A stretch of DNA of 63,997 nt, counting the filler, from an uncultured Myxococcia bacterium (lineage in GTDB: Bacteria > CAZTWC01), in the NCBI GenBank assembly GCA_964617105.1. It is 13 parts of 13 records of this genome, joined end to end, with 100 filler letters (N's around TTAATTAATTAA, not from the genome) between each part and the next. Parts side by side here need not be neighbours in the genome. Positions count along the whole stretch, not along the records: positions 1 to 5,039 come from CAZTWC010000272.1; positions 5,140 to 10,139 come from CAZTWC010000273.1; 11 more parts are not named here. One strand, written 5' to 3'. The notes below the pieces were generated by a model, which ran no database searches, was not told where the DNA came from, and worked only from the letters and a program-made list of their open reading frames with translations. This document shows positions 1-9,541 of this stretch, one piece after another. The position numbers were made by a program, and so were the translations under genes. The stretch's first letter is position 1; the number at the start of each line of letters is the position of its first letter.

Positions 1-807
1 ATAGCCAGGCTTCAGGCGGCAACTGGATTGAAAATTTTTTTTTGCTTCCTCTTTCTGGCCGATTTTGGTTAACATCAGTCCAAGGAGCAAGCAGCCCTTG
101 CTATTTTTCATTTGGCAGGAGAGGTGTAAATATTTTTTTGCTTCATTTTTTTGATTATTATTCAGGTAATAATAACCCAAATTTCGGCAAGCAGAACTGT
201 TTTTTTGCCGGCAATATCGGTCTAGCACACTGGTTCCTTCGGCCTCTTTGCCCAGGTGACTTATTAGGATGTTTCCCAAGTTGGCACAGGCATTGAGGTA
301 GTTACCAACACATCCCTTCTGGTAATAATCAACCGCGGTGGCATATTGCTTTTTAGCCACAGAGGCAATTCCTGCCCGGTGGCAGGCCAGGGCGAACCCT
401 TTGGAGCAGGCTTTTTGGTAATAGAGGATAGCCTGTAGGTGTTCCTGGCCAACCTCAGCCAACCTTCCCAGGATATAGTTTCGAATTTCCCCGGAGAGGG
501 CTTTGTTTTCCATCTTTCCAATCTGATCGAGTAAACTCATGGCATTTATAGAAGAGAGACCCTCTTTGCTTTGCTCCATTTCCCACCGGGCCCATTGATT
601 GAATACCTCTGGCATAGAGCATCGAACCAAAAAAAATTTCAAATCTTTATTGGCCCGTTCAAATTGGTAATTGTTTATGTTTTGGTAATAGTGCAATACG
701 GCTTTGGTCTGTTCTTTAATACAGTCCCCAGCATACAGGGTTCTGGAAACACATCCAATCAGTGTCACTATTATGATACAGAGATGCTTAACAAAGAGTA
801 GTTTCAT
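1..807 (-). CDS. Secreted or lipoprotein Sel1-like (Hcp-type) Cys-rich repeat protein, runs off the window edge; absent from ORF track
   Basis: Manual translation from ATG at 807 (GGAG upstream): MKLLFVKHLCIIIVTLIGC..., with repeats YYQKACSKGFALAC, YYQKGCVGNYLNACANLG, YLHLSCQMKNSKGCLLLG; frame open to position 1. Confidence 0.8.
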   Translation of the reverse strand, partial: MKLLFVKHLCIIIVTLIGCVSRTLYAGDCIKEQTKAVLHYYQNINNYQFERANKDLKFFLVRCSMPEVFNQWARWEMEQSKEGLSSINAMSLLDQIGKMENKALSGEIRNYILGRLAEVGQEHLQAILYYQKACSKGFALACHRAGIASVAKKQYATAVDYYQKGCVGNYLNACANLGNILISHLGKEAEGTSVLDRYCRQKNSSACRNLGYYYLNNNQKNEAKKYLHLSCQMKNSKGCLLLGLMLTKIGQKEEAKKNFQSSCRLKPGY

Positions 808-1287
808 TTTATTTTCTCCAAATATAATCCAATTATAGACGGTTGAAAGTCTGGCTGAAAAAATTTTTGCCAGGAAATTAAAAATAAAATAACATACTGT
901 AATTACACGGCTCATTAAACATGCAAACCTACTGGTTTAGATAAATAAACTTTCCAGGCGGAGATAAACCGCCTCAGAAAAAAAATATTTATCGGGCAGT
1001 AATTCGGCAAAGCACATTTACCTTATATAAAACCACCAGTTACATATAGACATTTTTTTAAAAATCCCAGGCTGGGTAAAACAATAAATCAGATAAAAAA
1101 AAATTGGTTTTTTTTTATCTTTTTTCTCTATAATAATTCTAAATATTGCTTATAACTTAAAATTAGCAAATTTCACTACGAAGTGAATTCTCGGACAACA
1201 ACAATTATGATTTTAGGTATAACCTATTCAAATAATAAAGGCAAGTGTCCAGTCGTATTCCTGATGCTGTAAATAAAACTATAATCC

Positions 1288-2496
1288 ATGAAAATTTACC
1301 GGGTATTGATTACCAGGCTACAATTAAAAGAAGAGATCGTTTCTTGTTTTGGTATTGCCGGAGCTACGGCACTGTATTCTTTTGTGCTTACCTGGCTGAC
1401 TTACTATTTTATTTCACTGCTCAATCACCCAACCGCCCTTTTGATCCCCATTGCCGGAATTATCATGCTACCCTTCAGTCTACTGCTTAGTTCCCTGACT
1501 ACCCTGAGTAATATTCCTTTTTTTGGCCCGGCTAACTTTAAAAACGGCCGGCAAAGATACTATTTTCTCGCCAGTGCTTTAGGCGCAGCCATCACGATGG
1601 TTTTATTGTTTTATCCTCCCCAGGCCTTCCAGTTTTCATCCGCTAATGCTTGGAATTTTTTGGGGAATATATTTTACTTTCTCTTACTGGGGACCATGTT
1701 TTTTCTTTGCATTACCCATTATTTATTACATTTTACCACTTTTAAAATCCAGCAAAAACATGCCAGGCAGGTAGAAGATAAAAAAATAGCCTGCCAATTT
1801 CCCCTGGCTCTTTGCTTCGGTTCTGGCATAGGTATCATTGCTTACCCGGCTCTAATAAATTATTTTCCAACTAAAAATTTGGTCTGGCTCATATCAACCA
1901 TATCTTTCACTCTAATGTTGATCCCCTCTTTTACTATAATGCATCCCACCAATTTTCAAATCTTTACTGCCCATATCTCCAATGCTACCCTGATAAAGAT
2001 TGTCGGTCGCAATCGGCTGTTTGTTCTTCGGCAATTAGGATTTCAAGGTTTTATTTTTGGCATAACATTAATAGCGTTGTGCATCCCCTTTTATCCAGAG
2101 GGAATTGCCGGCCAAAAAGTCGATTTTCTGGTTCATCTGTTGCTCCCATATAGTGGGGCTCTTCTACTTGGGCTCCTTTTATCTCACTTTTTTTCGATTT
2201 TTGCTCGTATAATGGCGGGAACCATTATGCTGGTTCTGCTTATTATTGCCATTTTAGGCGGATTCTTTTTCAGTCCTGGAAATTGGTCTTTTATGCCCAT
2301 AGATCCTTTGACCGCCTTATTTACTATGGCCGGTTTTGGCAGTACCGGAATATTTGTCTTCTATAAAATATTTTTGTCCAGCCATTTTACTGGAACCGAG
2401 GTTGATTTTTCAGATGATACTGCAAAAACTATCCATGGCTTTTGCCTGGATATCGGCGATGGGGTTATTTATTGTTTTTGGGTTTGTCCGGGCTAA
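1288..2496 (+). CDS. MFS (GPH/MelB-like) transporter-like membrane protein, N-terminal part of a probable frameshifted gene
   Basis: About 10 hydrophobic segments and a GRQRYY loop resembling the GPH GRRRP motif; the last two helices appear in the overlapping frame. Confidence 0.6.
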   Translation: MKIYRVLITRLQLKEEIVSCFGIAGATALYSFVLTWLTYYFISLLNHPTALLIPIAGIIMLPFSLLLSSLTTLSNIPFFGPANFKNGRQRYYFLASALGAAITMVLLFYPPQAFQFSSANAWNFLGNIFYFLLLGTMFFLCITHYLLHFTTFKIQQKHARQVEDKKIACQFPLALCFGSGIGIIAYPALINYFPTKNLVWLISTISFTLMLIPSFTIMHPTNFQIFTAHISNATLIKIVGRNRLFVLRQLGFQGFIFGITLIALCIPFYPEGIAGQKVDFLVHLLLPYSGALLLGLLLSHFFSIFARIMAGTIMLVLLIIAILGGFFFSPGNWSFMPIDPLTALFTMAGFGSTGIFVFYKIFLSSHFTGTEVDFSDDTAKTIHGFCLDIGDGVIYCFWVCPG

Positions 2497-3031
2497 TCCC
2501 ACCGGCTTGAAGGTGGCGGCAATATTGGCGGCAATATCTATTTTGATGGGATTGTTGCTCATGTTGCGTCTTCCGAAGAAAATGGCCCGGAAAGAACCTC
2601 GAACCAATTCAAGCAACCCTGAAAATCAGATGGGGTTTGACGTCAATGTTCCAGTGCTGATAACCAGTGAAGGTAATACTCAAAAAAAAATGAGCGGACT
2701 GACTTTGCGTATGAATAACACCGGACTGATTTTTTCCGCTCGTTATAGTCACTTGAGCGTGGGAGAACTGTTGACCTTTGAATACAAACTTCATAAAGAG
2801 GGGGAAAGCATAAAGTGCATGGTGGTTTGGTGGAAAAAGGCCAATGAATTTAATGACCAGGAGAGAGGGGTTATAGCAGGAGTTAAATTTGCCTCTCTAT
2901 ATAAAGATGAAAGGCAGAGCCTTATTGATAGATGGCATAAACATGCCTTGCGTTCCCACCAGGCTGCCCAGAGAGATTCTGTTGACACTCTTTCCAATGC
3001 TGCCGCCAAATGTAAAATGAAAATTCACTAG
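2336..3031 (+). CDS. Two TM helices plus C-terminal PilZ-like domain; probable continuation of 1288-2496
   Basis: ILQKLSMA helix, RKEPR (RxxxR), degenerate RMNNTG, VVW...AGVKF PilZ-type C-terminus. Confidence 0.6.
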   Translation: MAVPEYLSSIKYFCPAILLEPRLIFQMILQKLSMAFAWISAMGLFIVFGFVRANPTGLKVAAILAAISILMGLLLMLRLPKKMARKEPRTNSSNPENQMGFDVNVPVLITSEGNTQKKMSGLTLRMNNTGLIFSARYSHLSVGELLTFEYKLHKEGESIKCMVVWWKKANEFNDQERGVIAGVKFASLYKDERQSLIDRWHKHALRSHQAAQRDSVDTLSNAAAKCKMKIH

Positions 3032-3192
3032 GTGTCGTCCGAAAACCTTTCAAATAGTATTTACTTGGCTATTGGTAGAGGTAAATTTTGACAATCTTGA
3101 TTCATTGCATTATAATAGTTCTTCATACGTAAGAAACTTGATTATATTTTTGGGTTGATATCAACCAACAATTTATCGAATGAGGTGAGAAG

Positions 3193-4720
3193 ATGAAAAA
3201 ACGATTTTCAGTATTACTAATGGTTATCCTTTCCCTGGGAATGTTGCTAATATTGGCAGTCTGCGGGGGCGAATCAACCACCTCGCCCGGTGATAATGGA
3301 GGCACCGGTGTGCAGTGCATAGATAATGATGGAGATGGATACGGTTTGGGCAAAGACTGTAAGGGTTCGGACTGCAATGATAACGATGTCAATATCAAAC
3401 CCGGCGGTATTGAAATCTGTGGCAATAACATCGATGAAGATTGCGATAACCAGGATTTGTCTTGCTCAAACACCGGCGGTACAGGAGGCGGTCAGCAAAC
3501 CGATTGCCAGGATAACGATAATGATGAATACGGTATTGGCAGCACTTGCCGTGGTCCTGAGTGCGATGAAAACAAGCNNNNNNNNNNATCCCGGCGCCAC
3601 GGAGATTTGCGGCAACGGCTTGGATGATGATTGCCAGGGCGGCGATTTGCAGTGTGCTCAAAACTGCGTGGATGCTGACGGTGATGGCTACGGTACTGGC
3701 AGCACTTGCCTGGGACCAGATTGCGATGACAACAATCCAGCCAAAAATCCCGGTGCAACCGATATTTGCGGAAATCAAATAGATGAAGACTGCAGTGGCG
3801 CAGATATAATCTGTCCCGTACTGTGCACTGACGCTGATGGCGATAAATACGGTATTGGCTCAGATTGCCTGGGGCTGGATTGCGATGACAATGATGCTTA
3901 TGTCAATCCCAGCGCCTCAGAAGTATGCAACCAAAAGGATGACAACTGTAACCAAGTTGTAGATGAGTGCAAATCAACAGACATGGAGTGTGAAGATAAA
4001 TTCTGTAAAGTCAAAGTCAATGGCCTTTGTAAACAGGATACAGAGTGTAAAACCGGGATGGTTTGTGAAGGTGGCAGCTTTTTGCTTAGTGGTAAATGCA
4101 AAAAAGAAATCGGCCAGTCCTGTGCCGAAGATGAGTGCCAGAAAGACACAGTTTGCGCCAGTGGTAAATGTAGCGGTGATATTTGTGATGTTTTAAATTG
4201 CCAGCAACCCATGGAGTGTGACAAAGCCAGAAAACGTTGTGTGGAGTGTTACGATATGAAGGATGAAGAGTGCACCGGTACCGATGTTTGCACTGCCTGC
4301 GGTCTCTGCCTGGGACCTCAGTTTTATATCAACGCCGCTGATGTGCCCAACGAATTTATGCAAAAATTGGCCGACTGCTTTTCAGAAAACAAACAGCTTG
4401 GCCAGGATAGTTTCTGCCAGGTTTTCAAGAGCACTTCCACCATACCGGAACTTTATTATTCTGATTATGAGTACAGAGTCTGTGGTCTGGATAAATATAA
4501 TGTAACAGAGCAAGACAAGTTCACTAATGGCCAGAGTGATATCGAGGCGATAAAAGATCTGTTTGGGTGTGGCATTTTTGACAACAGCAATATCAGTTGG
4601 GAAGGTATCAACATTATAGAGCCAAGTTCCAACCGTGAGTTATGCATGTGGTATATAGACTCAGTGGGTACTTTTGGTAGGCCGTTTGTATATATTAAAC
4701 CCTGCAGCGACTACAAGTAA
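3193..4720 (+). CDS. Lipoprotein with Cys/Asp-rich putative metal-binding (MopE-like) repeats and a Cys-rich C-terminal region; one gene split by a 10-N gap at 3578-3587
   Basis: Signal peptide ending LAVC; four DxDxDxYG...C...PG/SA.E/DICxN..DxDC units continuing across the gap. Confidence 0.8.
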
Positions 4721-4937
4721 GAATTCGGATGCATCTTCACCAGCGTTGTTGCCGGCTTAAAAATTGTCCTCGACGTATTATCATACGACTGCGGTAATTT
4801 TTAAGCCGGCGCCTAGCTGGTGAAGCGCCTCCAAATTCTTCCCTTATACGCTATTTTTCCTTCCTGTTGAATTTCGAATTGTTTATCATACGACTGCGGT
4901 AATTTTTAAGCCGGCGCCTAGCTGGTGAAGCGCCTCC
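4719..4937. repeat. REP/MITE-like nested inverted repeat (4719-4840) with a 55-bp duplication of its right half
   Basis: CTTCACCAGC/GCTGGTGAAG and GCCGGCTTAAAAATT (4751-4765)/AATTTTTAAGCCGGC (4796-4810) arms; 4778-4832 is identical to 4883-4937. Confidence 0.8.
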
Positions 4938-5039
4938 GCAGGCCCCAGGGCAGGAGCTCGAGGCAATTTTTCCCTTATATCGCAGTTCTTAATAGAGAGC
5001 CAATCTACTTGTTCAGAACCCTAAGAGTAGTCAATAGTT

Positions 5040-5139
5040 NNNNNNNNNNNNNNNNNNNNNNNNNNNNNNNNNNNNNNNNNNNNTTAATTAATTAANNNNN
5101 NNNNNNNNNNNNNNNNNNNNNNNNNNNNNNNNNNNNNNN
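5040..5139. other. Artificial contig linker; identical linkers start at 10140, 15200, 20217, 25222, 30216, 35166, 40113, 45054, 49950, 54844 and 59701
   Basis: N44-TTAATTAATTAA-N44, which places stops in all six frames. Confidence 0.99.
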
Positions 5140-5210
5140 ATGTGCCTTAGCCAAATAATGCCTGGCAACGATTTACACGGCGGTTTTGCCGATCTCAGCA
5201 GAGCTGCATT

Positions 5211-5381
5211 CTCCGAGGATTTTTTTTCAGGGAAACGAATACCTTTCTCCGACAGAAGTGCCTGAAATCATTAGATACCTCCGAGGGATTTCTCCGACGT
5301 TTCTCCGACGGTCTCCGAGGATTCCCCGAGAGTCTCCGAGTAACTAGTTGAAATTATTGAACTCCTCCGACGACTCTCCGA
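5211..5381. repeat. Array of phased CTCCGA hexamers with two IHF-like AT-rich spacers
   Basis: CTCCGA at 5211, 5247, 5279, 5292, 5303, 5313, 5334, 5365, 5376 and CCCCGA at 5324. Confidence 0.85.
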
Positions 5382-5446
5382 GGAGATTTGACGGGGCATA
5401 GTGTGAATAGTTTGATGTTGGGTGAGCGAGTTATTTTTCTATTTTT

Positions 5447-6481
5447 TTATTTTTCATCCTCTGTTTTTTCTGACAAATATTTTCGCGCCATCTGTTCAAA
5501 CTCTCTATCGGCTTTTTGTTTTTCAGTCAGTTGCCTTTTCTGGTGAAATTTAGCGTATTCATTTTCAGCCTTTTCTTTTGCTTCCAGATGGGAGACAGAA
5601 CCTGCATGCTCAAGGATATCCCGCTCATTTAGTTGTAAAAAGCCATTGAGTTTTTTAATCCAATTTTTCATCGTCATTGGAATGCGCCGAATCGCTTGAC
5701 CTTCGGCAAAAATTAGATACTGTTCTACAAGATTATTCAGCGCAACCAATTCATCTTCACTCAGGTAGTTTTTAGCAATAGTCACATCTTGTTTGCGGAC
5801 TTTTGTTCCCCGCCAACTAGTCAACCCCATATTGGGCTTATTGAAATCAGTGCGTTCAACGATTATTTCAGCAGCCGTTTTACCGGTTATGGCCCAGTGC
5901 ATTTTGTTTTGAACGGTTTTAAAAAACTTCATGCTGATATCAAGTGTTGGATCGTAGTCAACACTGGTGGCATAAATGTCAGTAATTTTTTGATAAAACC
6001 GCTTCTCAGAAGTTCTAATATCCTGAATGCGGCGTAGTAATTCATCATAATAATCATATGGTTGATCAGGATTTTTCAAACGCTCATCATCCAAGACAAA
6101 CCCCTTGATAATATACTCTCGAAGTCTTTGAGTAGCCCACTGTCTAAAACGGGTGGCAACATGAGATTTTATGCGATAACCAACGGAGATAATCGCATCC
6201 AGATTATAACATTTCTGGTTTCTCTTTATTTCTCTGATTCCCTCTTGTTGAACTATTAAGAAATCCTTAATAGTTGACTTTTCGACTAATTCTCCTTCTG
6301 CAAATATATTTTTCAAATGTAAGTTTATATTTGGCACTGTAGTTTGAAAAAGTTTGGCCATTAATTTTTGAGTCAACCAAACAGTTTCATCTTGCAGCCG
6401 GACCTCAATTTTAGTTTGGCCATCCTCGGTCTGGTAGATAAGAAAATCGGTTTTTGGTGCTTTAACTAGTTTGTTTGTCAA
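5447..6481 (-). CDS. rhuM: RhuM family (virulence RhuM) DNA-binding protein
   Basis: ETVWLTQKLMAKLF, YNLDAIISVGYRIKS..ATRFRQWAT, IRTSEKRFYQK, QNKMHWAITGKTAAE. Confidence 0.93.
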   Translation of the reverse strand: MTNKLVKAPKTDFLIYQTEDGQTKIEVRLQDETVWLTQKLMAKLFQTTVPNINLHLKNIFAEGELVEKSTIKDFLIVQQEGIREIKRNQKCYNLDAIISVGYRIKSHVATRFRQWATQRLREYIIKGFVLDDERLKNPDQPYDYYDELLRRIQDIRTSEKRFYQKITDIYATSVDYDPTLDISMKFFKTVQNKMHWAITGKTAAEIIVERTDFNKPNMGLTSWRGTKVRKQDVTIAKNYLSEDELVALNNLVEQYLIFAEGQAIRRIPMTMKNWIKKLNGFLQLNERDILEHAGSVSHLEAKEKAENEYAKFHQKRQLTEKQKADREFEQMARKYLSEKTEDEK

Positions 6482-6535
6482 GAATCATTCTCCTTTATTT
6501 TTCCAAATGTTATTGTTGCTCTTCCTGCCCAGAAT

Positions 6536-7048
6536 TTACTCCAAATCTTTGCCTCTACTGTAAATTAGCGGTTTGAGGTCAGGTGTTGTCATGATTTCAA
6601 ATTTGCTGTTTGAGGATCTCTTTTCTCTATTCAGCAACCGGTCATACTCATCCAGTAATGATTTGACGATATCTTTCCAATTCGCCCCGGTTCTTTTAAC
6701 CTGCTTGTCACCGCTTTTAAAGGAGATATCTTCTTTTAAACTTCTGGTTACCTTCACAAAACACATTTTAGCCTGTAATAAAATCAGTTCCCGGTGCAGG
6801 GGCGACAAAGAGGGTTCAATATATTTTGTGTCGTTTTTTTGAATGACCTGGTAATCCGACTTCACATCAATGTTCACAGTGATTAACGCCCGTGTAATAC
6901 AACGGTCACTTAATTCAGGAGCGATATCTTCCTGACCAATATCAACAAACAAGTCTTTGATGAGTTCAGAGAACGGTGTTTCCATTTGAGCCCCCATAAA
7001 ATTAAAATCCTTTACCAAAAAACTGGTCCGGTATTTATGATTGGACAA
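6536..7048 (-). CDS. Hypothetical phage protein, possibly head completion or connector
   Basis: 170-aa ORF overlapping the TerL 3' end; function inferred from position only. Confidence 0.5.
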   Translation of the reverse strand: MSNHKYRTSFLVKDFNFMGAQMETPFSELIKDLFVDIGQEDIAPELSDRCITRALITVNIDVKSDYQVIQKNDTKYIEPSLSPLHRELILLQAKMCFVKVTRSLKEDISFKSGDKQVKRTGANWKDIVKSLLDEYDRLLNREKRSSNSKFEIMTTPDLKPLIYSRGKDLE

Positions 7049-8664
7049 TTAGCCACAATAACTTCAGACTCATATTGTTCCGAATCTACTTCCATTTCCC
7101 GCCTCAACAGGGCACAGCGCATTGCATCAATAATGTGGTCATTGCCCTTGCTGTAGATGATTTGGCCTCTGTCTGAAATTGTATAAGTCTGGGTGCAGAG
7201 TTGATCTTCGATCTGGGTATCCTGCGTGGGCAGCCTTAACTTATCGGCATTGAGGATTTTATTGATTATGGTTGACATAACTTCTTTGGTTGGCTTTTTA
7301 ATTGGCTTTCCCCCTTCATCTTCTCCTACGGGAATGGAAGAGCCAAAGTCATATCCTGTAAGGCGGCCCGGAAAGTGATTGCTGCGGAATTTATCCAAAT
7401 TCAGAAGTTCATGCTCCACCGCTGTTCCATTACCGCCGCGGTCAATGCCAAGACCGGTTGGAGAATAAACCCTGTCGACAATACTAATAATCTCTGATAT
7501 TGAGGGATAGGCCACTTTTTCGGCATGTATCCTTAGAACCAAACTCAATATCCCATCTCCAGATTCCTCAAAAAGTAATATCTCCGTGGGATCCGAAACA
7601 TAGCCGAGATCCGCTCCCAACCAAAATTTACCGTGCTTGCCGGGTAAATTGAGAAGCATTTCCAGGCGTTCTCTTACTTCTTGTTCACTGTTTAGACCTG
7701 TCAAACTCTCGCCATCTATTTTCACCATTTGATATTCAGGGATTTCAGCCAAAGAACGCATCACCTGGGAGATATTAAAGGCGCAGTAGGATGGCATCCC
7801 ATGCTCACCGGCTATTTCATGCTGCCAACCTGAAGTATTTTCACCGCCATAGAAATTCAGCAGATCTTTATGCAGTTGTTCATCCCAATCAGGAGATATC
7901 CAGGATGGCCATCTGAAAATCTTCCACTCCTTATCGTTGGTGATTTTATAATAGGTTCTGTCACGAAGTCCACTGGGCGTGGAATAGATTCTCATAATAC
8001 CGTTTTTATTCAGGCATTGACGCAAGGCTTTCCAGGCAGCCTCTGGAATCCAGGCCGCTTCATCCACCAACAAGAGATCAACGTGTAAAGAACGAAATGC
8101 ATTGCCCATTGAACCTGCCGGCCTGAAGTGAACTCTACATCCGGTTTTGAAATTTAATTGAAAATAGGGGCGCCGCGATATTTTAATTCGTCCGCTTTTA
8201 TCCCTTGCCAAGTTGTTATACAGGCTTTTATTTTGATTTAACTGATATTCTACCTCTTCGGTGATCGTATTTAGTTGACCTTGATAGGGGGCTGCTACCA
8301 GAACTGATTTACCACGGTTAACATAGGTATACCAGAGGATTATAGTTGATAAGTTGACAGTTTTTCCTGTCTTTCTCCCGCTTAGATGGACAATTTTTTT
8401 CGATGGGCTCAAAAGATCTTCAACCTGATAATACCTGTAATGCCTCCTTGAACCATCCCGGTTGGAAAGAAAAATCTCACCGAACCGCCAGGGATTCAGG
8501 CTGAAAAGTTCTGGCTCAGACGGAACCATCAGTATGGATTGCTTATTTGGCTGTATGTTTTTTCTTTCCATTTCCAGATACGTTTTTCCTTTGCTGACAA
8601 TGATGATCTCTCGGGGTAAATCCTCTTGATGCAAATAATATCCAGGATAATTTAACAAAGGCAA
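7012..8664 (-). CDS. Terminase large subunit (true start may be the downstream MERKN ATG)
   Basis: Walker A-like SGRKTGKT, Walker B LLLVDEAA, YSTP coupling motif, nuclease GADLG...D and NDHIIDAMR. Confidence 0.85.
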   Translation of the reverse strand: MPLLNYPGYYLHQEDLPREIIIVSKGKTYLEMERKNIQPNKQSILMVPSEPELFSLNPWRFGEIFLSNRDGSRRHYRYYQVEDLLSPSKKIVHLSGRKTGKTVNLSTIILWYTYVNRGKSVLVAAPYQGQLNTITEEVEYQLNQNKSLYNNLARDKSGRIKISRRPYFQLNFKTGCRVHFRPAGSMGNAFRSLHVDLLLVDEAAWIPEAAWKALRQCLNKNGIMRIYSTPSGLRDRTYYKITNDKEWKIFRWPSWISPDWDEQLHKDLLNFYGGENTSGWQHEIAGEHGMPSYCAFNISQVMRSLAEIPEYQMVKIDGESLTGLNSEQEVRERLEMLLNLPGKHGKFWLGADLGYVSDPTEILLFEESGDGILSLVLRIHAEKVAYPSISEIISIVDRVYSPTGLGIDRGGNGTAVEHELLNLDKFRSNHFPGRLTGYDFGSSIPVGEDEGGKPIKKPTKEVMSTIINKILNADKLRLPTQDTQIEDQLCTQTYTISDRGQIIYSKGNDHIIDAMRCALLRREMEVDSEQYESEVIVANCPIINTGPVFW

Positions 8665-8706
8665 ATCCCGGCTTTGCCGGAGGAATAGTCACTACTATGT
8701 TGAGGA

Positions 8707-9477
8707 TTATTCAGGCATTGAAGTTTCTAGTGGAATGACCCAGCCGCAAGCCATACAAATCCAATCGCTACAACTATTTTTTCGATGCTCGCCCTCATTA
8801 TGACAGTGACTGCAGGAATCTATTTTGTGCTCTATATCTTCCCGTGGAGGCAGATTCAGTTTTTTCCTTAGACTATTGACCTCTTTTTCCAGTTCATAAA
8901 TCCTGAGTCTTTCATCTTCTTTACTTTGAAAAATCCCTCGCTCCTCAGCAATCGCATTGAGTTCTTCCAAAAAATCAGCAGTAGTTTTAGGACCCTCACT
9001 TTGAACCGGCTCTCTGGTGTCACGAGTCTCCTTTAAGGAACGCATGAGCCTTATCACTTCCCTCACAACCGGGATCAATGCCTCGGCCGGAGCCCCTCTG
9101 CTTGCTGAGATATTGACTTTGGCACTTAAAAGGGACAAAAAATGAACCACATGATTATCAAATGCATCCACTTCTCCCAATTGCTGGATAAAAGCCTTGT
9201 TCATCTCCTGGTACACAGATTCTTCTTCTGGCAGCAACTGCATGCTGTAGGCTCCATGTTTGACAGCATTGATATTGCCTTCCTGGCCGCCTTTATTACG
9301 GTGTTCAGAACCAGCCTGCCAATCCGGTGTCTCTTCACCGGCCTCTTCAGTTAAAAATTCATCTTTGTGAATGCGGCAATAGTCTGAACCAGACATTGCT
9401 GGCTGCGAGCAAGGCTTGCCAGTAATTTTTGAAATTGCTTTACATAAATTGCCATGAAATGCCATAAACTCCTCCAT
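8707..9477 (-). CDS. Terminase small subunit-like protein with N- and C-terminal Cys/His zinc-finger motifs
   Basis: CKA...GKPC..PA...YCRIH; GGQEGNINAVKHGAY; CSHC...CMACG; directly upstream of TerL. Confidence 0.6.
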   Translation of the reverse strand: MEEFMAFHGNLCKAISKITGKPCSQPAMSGSDYCRIHKDEFLTEEAGEETPDWQAGSEHRNKGGQEGNINAVKHGAYSMQLLPEEESVYQEMNKAFIQQLGEVDAFDNHVVHFLSLLSAKVNISASRGAPAEALIPVVREVIRLMRSLKETRDTREPVQSEGPKTTADFLEELNAIAEERGIFQSKEDERLRIYELEKEVNSLRKKLNLPPREDIEHKIDSCSHCHNEGEHRKNSCSDWICMACGWVIPLETSMPE

Positions 9478-9541
9478 TTAATAAATGTAATGGGGAAAAT
9501 TACATTTCTCCGATCAGAGTTTTCTGTTTTTTTAGCCGTAA

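Noticed and set aside
42-801. Short ORFs 42-296, 264-521 and 571-801
   Set aside because: Shadows of the longer minus-strand Sel1-like frame starting at 807.
3578-3587. Apparent frameshift between ORFs 3193 and 3326
   Set aside because: It coincides with a 10-N scaffold gap of arbitrary length.
4719-5381. Possible CRISPR array in the repeat regions
   Set aside because: No constant 23-47-bp repeat with unique spacers, no cas genes, and the two repeat regions lie on different contigs.
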